A DNA stretch of 32,000 nt. Source: Halalkalibacterium halodurans. GTDB lineage: Bacteria > Bacillota > Bacilli > Bacillales > Bacillaceae_D. Within the stretch, counting starts at the first letter, position 1; each line of letters opens with the position of its first letter. Positions 26,572-32,000 of this stretch are shown here, piece by piece. The notes under the pieces were generated by a model. The model saw only the letters and a program-made list of their open reading frames with translations, was not told where the DNA came from and did no database searches. The translations under genes were made by a program, and so were the position numbers. The stretch spans positions 22,930 to 54,929 of the forward strand of contig NZ_SNUY01000023.1 of assembly GCF_004376175.1 (NCBI RefSeq), in the 5' to 3' direction.

Positions 26572-26606
26572 GTCAAATGTCACCACACTTTAATAAGTCT
26601 ACAGTC

Positions 26607-26615
26607 ATTTTATCA
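26607..26615 (-). promoter_or_regulatory. Possible internal sigma-A promoter (extended -10 TGATAAAAT) upstream of fliW-csrA
   Basis: The minus strand reads TGATAAAAT about 35 nt before the fliW ATG, and the -35 is poor. As I recall, a sigma-A promoter ahead of fliW (yviF) has been described in B. subtilis. Confidence 0.35.
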
Positions 26616-26646
26616 TAGAAAGAGCAGCCGCAAAAAAAGCAGCTGC

Positions 26647-27243
26647 TTATAGCTCTTTATTCACTGAAACTCCGACGGCTTGAAAGCGAATGCTTTCCTT
26701 TTGTTTGACATAAGCTTTCGTTTCCCAGCGTGGGATCGTAATTTCAGGTTCACGTCGTGTTACATGGATATCAATCGTATTAGATGGGACAGAGAAAGTT
26801 AACTCACCAGGTTCGTAGTGAAACTTGATGCTAAAGGCCGAACGGGGCATATTAACCGTCACAAGCTGTTTCGGAGGAGATTCACTGTTCACTTTCGCTA
26901 AATGAGACAGCACCTTACCCCCTCTACCATTTTCAATTTTCATCATTTGATCCCCTTGTTGCCGGCGTTTCGCTAAATGATCCATATATTTGCGCTTCGC
27001 TTCCGCCACGATTTCTCCCGTTAGGCGAAGGGGCGTTTGCAAATTAGACTCAGCAAAAGCCTGTTGCTGATCAATATATAACTTAGCGGCTCGCTGGCTA
27101 ATGTGAATCAAATCAACATGCTGTTGATATATTTGTAAGTCTGGGGCATGTTGTTTAATTGTAAGAGGCGGGCGTTCAGAATGGCGTCCGGTTTTTGCAT
27201 TCGTTGTCTGTATATTAAGATATGGCAACTGCAAAATACCCAC
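26647..27243 (-). CDS. Conserved flagellar-operon protein of unknown function (YviE-like, DUF6470-type)
   Basis: 198 aa with no recognisable catalytic motif. It sits between flgL and fliW, as yviE does in B. subtilis. TTG 27234 (MQLPYLNIQTT) has better spacing from GAAAGGGTGG than GTG 27243. Confidence 0.75.
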   Translation of the reverse strand: MGILQLPYLNIQTTNAKTGRHSERPPLTIKQHAPDLQIYQQHVDLIHISQRAAKLYIDQQQAFAESNLQTPLRLTGEIVAEAKRKYMDHLAKRRQQGDQMMKIENGRGGKVLSHLAKVNSESPPKQLVTVNMPRSAFSIKFHYEPGELTFSVPSNTIDIHVTRREPEITIPRWETKAYVKQKESIRFQAVGVSVNKEL

Positions 27244-27258
27244 CCTTTCTTTTACGTA

Positions 27259-28446
27259 CTATCGTAAAAAGTCCATTAACGTTGGCTGCATAATGCGAGC
27301 TCCTACAGCTAATGCCGCTCGATGGACGCTTTCTTGGATCGTTAAATCGATAATGACCTTTTCTAAGTCCACATCCTCATTATCTGACATAATACGTTTG
27401 GCCGTTATTTCTTGTTGGAGGATGCGACTTTCTAGCATTTCGACCCGATTGACACGCGCTCCTAATTCTGCACGCTCTGCAGTCACTTGATCAATATGCT
27501 TGGTAAAATTATCGATGTACGCTGTGAGTTCAGCACCAGAGACGCTCGGGTCTTCAAGTGCTTTTTCCAAACGAAGAATATCACCAAATAATGCGTTGTT
27601 AAACACGTTGGTCGGGTTTGTGTTTACTGGAATTTTCACCCCTTTTAATAGCTCAATTTCAACACGTTGCGTGTTAAAGGAGACCGCTTCACGATCAGCC
27701 ACAACGACATCATTCAAACGGACATTTTTTGTCTCAGCTGCCCCTGTATTTACGTTTGGCCGTGACGACGTAATACGGCCCAAATCTGGATCAATCACAA
27801 GTTGAAACGCCTTTTCATTAAATTCATCGCTATCCGTTTCATCAAATGGGAGACTGTTCATTTGTCTCACATCCTGAAACACGAGATGGCCATCGGCATT
27901 TTCTCCAACATAGTGATACGTTTGTCCGTCATACACAATTTCGACAGTCTGTAAGTCCGTTCCCGGTTCCAATAAATGGGCAAACCCTAGATCCATTCTT
28001 TCCGGAGCCACGATTGGTGGATTGGTCGTATTCGTTCCGTTAAATATATATTTACCGCTGTTTTTCGTATTGGCGATAGATTGCAAATGCTCATAAAGCT
28101 GGCGAATTTCCTTTGCGATGTTCGCACGCTGTGTTTCTTCGTACGTATCGTTCGCCGCCTGAGTTGCCAACTCATGAATGCGGGCTAATGCATCTGTCGC
28201 TTCTCCAAGTGCTGCATCAGCCGTATCCATCCAGTTATAAACCTCACGAAGATTACGTTTAAATTGTTCAACCTCTGCCACTTGCGTCCGGTACCGTATC
28301 CCCTTCATCGCCACAACTGGATCTTGTGAAGCACGAGTAATCCGCTTCCCTGTGGATAGCTGGTCTTGCAACTCGCCTAGGCGCATATAACCTTGAGAAA
28401 TATGGCGTAACGAATTGCCAGCAAGCATGCCTTGAGTCACTCTCAT
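27259..28446 (-). CDS. flgL: Flagellar hook-associated protein 3, FlgL
   Basis: 395 aa. The flagellin-like N-terminus is MRVTQGMLAGNSLRHISQGYMRLGELQDQLSTGKRITRASQDPV. The C-terminal region is RAELGARVNRVEMLESRI...ALAVGARIMQPTLMDFLR. Confidence 0.93.
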   Translation of the reverse strand: MRVTQGMLAGNSLRHISQGYMRLGELQDQLSTGKRITRASQDPVVAMKGIRYRTQVAEVEQFKRNLREVYNWMDTADAALGEATDALARIHELATQAANDTYEETQRANIAKEIRQLYEHLQSIANTKNSGKYIFNGTNTTNPPIVAPERMDLGFAHLLEPGTDLQTVEIVYDGQTYHYVGENADGHLVFQDVRQMNSLPFDETDSDEFNEKAFQLVIDPDLGRITSSRPNVNTGAAETKNVRLNDVVVADREAVSFNTQRVEIELLKGVKIPVNTNPTNVFNNALFGDILRLEKALEDPSVSGAELTAYIDNFTKHIDQVTAERAELGARVNRVEMLESRILQQEITAKRIMSDNEDVDLEKVIIDLTIQESVHRAALAVGARIMQPTLMDFLR

Positions 28447-28465
28447 TCTAGATTTTCCTCCTCAT

Positions 28466-30136
28466 TTAACGGCCAACGATGCCCATACCATTAATGATAC
28501 GATCGAGCATTTCGTCAATTTGTGTAATATTTCGAGCTGCCGCATTGTACGCATGTTGGAATTGGATCATTAAGGTCATCTCTTCATCCAAGGACACTTG
28601 GCTGACAGAGTTCCGTTCGAATTGAACGTTATCACGTAAAACCTCATAGCTATCCCTCTTTGAAACAGCTTCGCTCGTCTCGACTGCTGCTCTTCCCATC
28701 ACACCACGATAATAGTTACTGAACGTGGAAGCCGTGCCATTGAAATTCAGACGAATGTCCTTAATTTCTGATAAGAGCAAGGCGTTTTGACCGTCACCTG
28801 CAAAAGCACGCTTGGCTCCAGGTTTAAAGCTGTTTTCGTCTTCAAGCAACGTACGAATCGCTGCAAAATCTTTTGCCGCTAACAACGTTTGATATTGCTG
28901 TCTTGCATCGTCGGTTAAACCATCAAGGTTGACACGCGCCGCGGCAATGTTGTTTGCATTATTTAAAATATCGTCTGATACTTTTAACGTGCCAGCAGGC
29001 TTATTCTCATCGAATACGAAAAAGTCTCCGCCTAGACTCACTTCCCCTGTGAGCGGGTCTTCAAGTGTATACCCAATTCGGTGGGCACTATTCAAAGCTT
29101 CGACAAATGTTCTGACCATCACATTGAGCTCGGCCAGCATGTTAGGATAGAGGCCATTGACTTCACTGTTGTCAATGTCGGTTGGGTCTTGATAATAGCC
29201 AAATGCTTCAATTAAGCCCTTTAATCCACCTTGAGGCAGCTCTTGAACATTTAGGTTGACGGTATCCGTTCCATTTGAAATTGAGATCCCAGACACATAT
29301 TCATCTCCAAGACTATTCTCAGTTTTTGCCACTTCAAATTGCTGCAACGCATTCTTGTCCGCTCCATTGACAAGCGTAATCCCCGTCCCTTTAAGCGTCA
29401 CCGTAACTGCTCCTTCAGCGACTGGGTTTGGGTTCCCACCACTTTTCACACGCTGAACCTCAATCGGGATAATCGCCGAAATTTGATCAAGGAGACGATC
29501 TTGCTCATCGTATAAATCATTTGTCACGTAACCACTCGGCTCAACCTTGCGAATTTGTGCATTGATTTCATTTAGCTGTGAAAGTAGCGAGTTTAAATGG
29601 TCGGTAACGACACCTATTTCATTCCCATAATCGTCGCGAACTTGCTCTATGAGCATATATTGCTCATTAAAAGAATCGGCTAACGATACAGCTTGCTCCC
29701 GTAATACGTAGCGAACAGCCGTATCCTCTGGGTCTGCACTTAAGTCTTGTAATTTGCTCCAAAACTGATCAATCTGGTTCGCCAACCCGTTCGAATCTAA
29801 ATCGTTCAAAATTTCTTCCATTCGAATGAGAGCATCGGCACGGGCGTCCCAATACCCATTTTGCGTATTGTGCTGGCGGTATTGCAAATCTAAAAATGCG
29901 TCACGAATCCTTTGAATGGAGCCTGCCATAACGCCTGTTCCTACTTGACCTGGAATGCTCGGTGCATTTCGACCGACACCAGGATACGCTTGAGTCTGTA
30001 CGAAGTTTACCCGTTGTCTCGTGTAACCAGGTGTGTTTGCATTTGCTATATTGTGTCCGACAGTCCTTAACGCAGCTTGCTGGGTCATCATCCCGCGGCG
30101 TGCTGTTTCAAGCCCGTGAAAAGTGGATGTAGCCAT
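28466..30136 (-). CDS. flgK: Flagellar hook-associated protein 1, FlgK
   Basis: 556 aa. The N-terminus is MATSTFHGLETARRGMMTQQAALRTVGHNIANANTPGYTRQRV. The C-terminus is SLDEEMTLMIQFQHAYNAAARNITQIDEMLDRIINGMG. Confidence 0.96.
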   Translation of the reverse strand: MATSTFHGLETARRGMMTQQAALRTVGHNIANANTPGYTRQRVNFVQTQAYPGVGRNAPSIPGQVGTGVMAGSIQRIRDAFLDLQYRQHNTQNGYWDARADALIRMEEILNDLDSNGLANQIDQFWSKLQDLSADPEDTAVRYVLREQAVSLADSFNEQYMLIEQVRDDYGNEIGVVTDHLNSLLSQLNEINAQIRKVEPSGYVTNDLYDEQDRLLDQISAIIPIEVQRVKSGGNPNPVAEGAVTVTLKGTGITLVNGADKNALQQFEVAKTENSLGDEYVSGISISNGTDTVNLNVQELPQGGLKGLIEAFGYYQDPTDIDNSEVNGLYPNMLAELNVMVRTFVEALNSAHRIGYTLEDPLTGEVSLGGDFFVFDENKPAGTLKVSDDILNNANNIAAARVNLDGLTDDARQQYQTLLAAKDFAAIRTLLEDENSFKPGAKRAFAGDGQNALLLSEIKDIRLNFNGTASTFSNYYRGVMGRAAVETSEAVSKRDSYEVLRDNVQFERNSVSQVSLDEEMTLMIQFQHAYNAAARNITQIDEMLDRIINGMGIVGR

Positions 30137-30168
30137 GAATCGTGTTCCTCCGTTTCATTAAACAGTTG

Positions 30169-30666
30169 TTATGCTTTCGAATCAAAAGTGGAGTAGCCTT
30201 CTTCGTATCCATGTCGCTCCTTCTGTTGCGGTGGCTGATAACTCGTATGTTCTGCGCTTGGCAACAGCAAATCAAGAGACATGTTCACGAAGCTTAGGGA
30301 TTCTTGGATTAATAACTGGTTTCGCTCATTCTCAACTTGTAATGCCATAATGGTTTCAATAAGGGCCGATTGCGTCCCTTCTAATTCCGCTTGCTCCTCT
30401 TTTGTTACGTGCGGAAGCATCGCCCGAACGGTTAATTCATCCGGAGCCTGACCGCATCGATCAAAAAAAGCAGCTACCTCTTTGCTACGAATTTTTTCTT
30501 GCACTTGCCCTTTATGAATCAATGCGGTTTCAGCGCGAACGAGCTTTTCGAGGGAGACCATGTCATTGTTCTTAATCGCTGCTGCTTTTTCTTTCGCACA
30601 CGTTAGCAGCTCTTCATGGATGTGTAATAGCTCTGTCAATGAGCCTATCACTTGCTTAGCTGACAT
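30169..30666 (-). CDS. flgN: FlgN family flagellar export chaperone (YvyG)
   Basis: The start is moved to ATG 30666 (MSAKQVIGSLTELLHIHEELL...), 7 nt after GAGAGGGGG, giving 165 aa. The longer ORF-track N-terminus overlaps flgM. The gene sits between flgM and flgK. Confidence 0.82.
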   Translation of the reverse strand: MSAKQVIGSLTELLHIHEELLTCAKEKAAAIKNNDMVSLEKLVRAETALIHKGQVQEKIRSKEVAAFFDRCGQAPDELTVRAMLPHVTKEEQAELEGTQSALIETIMALQVENERNQLLIQESLSFVNMSLDLLLPSAEHTSYQPPQQKERHGYEEGYSTFDSKA

Positions 30667-30682
30667 AAGGAGCCCCCTCTCA

Positions 30683-30943
30683 TTACTTGTTCCAGAAGTC
30701 ATAAAGCTTGTCGGCAACCGCCCGTGAGTCCACGCTGTACTCGCCTTTTTCAATCTTCTGTTTGATTTCTTCTATCTTCTTCTCTCGTTCTACTTCAATT
30801 GGAGAGCCTTTTTGCATTTCCTGCGCCTCTTTTGAAATTTCAAGTTGATCTCGTTTCTGTGGTTTTCCCTTAACGGTCTCGGCTTTTTCTACTTGTTGAC
30901 GATAAAGCTGTTGGGAGATCGCTGTATACGGATTAACTTTCAT
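30683..30943 (-). CDS. flgM: Anti-sigma-28 (anti-sigma-D) factor FlgM
   Basis: 86 aa. The C-terminal KIEEIKQKIEKGEYSVDSRAVADKLYDFW is the conserved FlgM sigma-binding helix region. Confidence 0.92.
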   Translation of the reverse strand: MKVNPYTAISQQLYRQQVEKAETVKGKPQKRDQLEISKEAQEMQKGSPIEVEREKKIEEIKQKIEKGEYSVDSRAVADKLYDFWNK

Positions 30944-30999
30944 TCATCTTCACCTCAATTTCTATCACACCATCATTTGTTCGCTATTGGTTACTCCTA

Positions 31000-31027
31000 A
31001 TATCGGTCCATCCACGAAAATCGTTTA
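31000..31027 (-). promoter_or_regulatory. Sigma-D promoter directly upstream of flgM
   Basis: The minus strand reads TAAA, a 16-nt spacer and ACCGATAT, about 55 nt before the flgM ATG. Confidence 0.7.
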
Positions 31028-31363
31028 GCCTTTTTGCAATCCAAAAAAACGGTTAGGCTTAACAGTTACCTTACTCCTCAGCACGAACCACGTTCCTAAG
31101 TCACATAATTTTCTCCTTGAACGACAGGTCTAAAGACACGCTTTAGTAAATAGAGAGCAAGAGAGCATCTTTTCGCAAACGTCATGATAGACACCAAAGG
31201 GGCCTTTTATTTAGTATACCCTCGCTAAAGATCCCTTGAACTGGTAACGTTTTCTGCACAGGATAAAAAGGTGTGAATAGCAATTTTTATGACTATGTCG
31301 ATTCGCTTCTTTTTTACTAATTTGTATTTCCTCCCCTCACTCTATCGGGAAAAATGAGTAGAA

Positions 31364-31395
31364 CAGACCTCACCCGTGAGAATACGTGAGGTCTG
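31364..31395 (-). terminator. Hairpin (probable terminator) just after yvyF
   Basis: A 10-bp stem, CAGACCTCAC/GTGAGGTCTG, with a 12-nt loop, 15 nt after the stop at 31410. The minus-strand 3' flank is UUCUACUCAUUUUU, which is an imperfect U-tract. Confidence 0.45.
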
Positions 31396-31409
31396 AACCA
31401 TTCTGAACG

Positions 31410-31850
31410 TTAATCCCTTTTCAAGCGATCTTGGAGAGAGTGATATGTCAGATTTTTTTCTTTGGCTTTTTCATTTGCTTGCTTCCTTTGCTGGAACTGC
31501 TTTTCCTTTTCTCCTGCATCCAATCCTGCTTTTAAATTGTCTGCACACCCATGACATAGTCGCCCCTCCCGAATTGTTGCACCGCACGATTCACACGGAT
31601 ACCCCAGGTTGGGAAACTGCTTTAATTGAATTCGTCCCTCGCGTATAAACTGTTCGATGTCTTGAATCGAAACTCCTGTTTTTTCATACACTTCTGTCAC
31701 CGTTGCCATCCGATTGGATTTTTTACGTAAAAAAGTAGATACCTTTTCGTAATTCTCTTCTCTTTTTCGAAAGCATTTGTTACAAATTGGTCGAAGCGCT
31801 TTAACAAACAACTCTCCGCAAACTGGGCAATTAGCTAAATTGTTTTTCAT
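31410..31850 (-). CDS. Flagellar operon zinc-ribbon protein YvyF (TIGR03826-type)
   Basis: The start is moved to ATG 31850 (MKNNLANCPVCGELF...) after GGAGAGGGG. It has two CxxC pairs, CPVCG...CNKC and CESCG...CHGC. The central motif IREGRIQLKQFPNLGYPCESCG matches B. subtilis YvyF as I recall it. The gene sits upstream of flgM. Confidence 0.85.
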   Translation of the reverse strand: MKNNLANCPVCGELFVKALRPICNKCFRKREENYEKVSTFLRKKSNRMATVTEVYEKTGVSIQDIEQFIREGRIQLKQFPNLGYPCESCGATIREGRLCHGCADNLKAGLDAGEKEKQFQQRKQANEKAKEKNLTYHSLQDRLKRD

Positions 31851-32000
31851 GACTTTACCCCTCTCCATGATTCCGTATTGTCAAAACTTTATATAAAAAT
31901 AGGCTATTAAATCCTATGTTAGAGGGCTTTATAAGCAAAAAAATTGCCACTCCCTGATTTCTGTAGATAATTGAGGTTACCACACATGTATTTTGCAATA

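Noticed and set aside
31338-31350. CCGATAG motif as a fourth sigma-D promoter downstream of yvyF
   Set aside because: No TAAA lies at the required 15-16 nt spacing, and the last positions of the -10 deviate from the consensus.
31977-32000. Eight-codon open frame ending in TAA at the right edge (..YCKIHVW*), possibly the 3' end of comFC
   Set aside because: Synteny makes comFC plausible. Eight codons cannot support any identification.
1-32000. CRISPR arrays, tRNA or rRNA genes, prophage, defence or toxin-antitoxin modules
   Set aside because: I saw no direct-repeat/spacer periodicity, no cloverleaf-like or rRNA-like segments, and no gene pairs or domains typical of defence or TA systems. The gene content is housekeeping plus late flagellar genes.

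Overview
This window is 32 kb of a Bacillaceae chromosome. The organism looks Bacillus-like, and very acidic secreted proteins hint at a halo- or alkalitolerant species. Almost everything lies on the minus strand and is collinear with the Bacillus subtilis 168 region uvrA-uvrB-csbA ... minJ-ctpB-ftsX-ftsE-cccB-yvjA-prfB-secA-hpf(yvyD)-fliT-fliS-fliD-flaG(yvyC)-hag-csrA-fliW-yviE-flgL-flgK-flgN(yvyG)-flgM-yvyF. I place 29 protein genes. uvrA is missing from the ORF track because it runs off the left edge. I also place the prfB +1 frameshift site, three sigma-D promoters (flgM, hag, flaG), a sigma-B-type promoter for hpf, CsrA sites in the hag leader, a candidate LexA box and a set of rho-independent terminators. 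The four plus-strand elements are all additions relative to B. subtilis gene order: a class-D-like sortase, a frame-broken SunI/YnzG-like mini-gene, an IS1182-like transposase stub, and an acidic lipoprotein gene with an in-frame TAG in its signal peptide. I saw no tRNA, rRNA, CRISPR array or intact mobile element. I do not find a convincing novel multi-gene system: there is no defence-, toxin- or biosynthesis-like cluster. The most unexpected signal is a dense DnaA-box cluster, with three perfect TTATCCACA boxes in 150 bp, between the prfB terminator and the yvjA promoter and far from any dnaA/dnaN context. After that come the interrupted lipoprotein and mini-gene and the decayed insertion between fliT and hpf. 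All family assignments rest on my reading of the translations and on remembered B. subtilis synteny. No database search was run.
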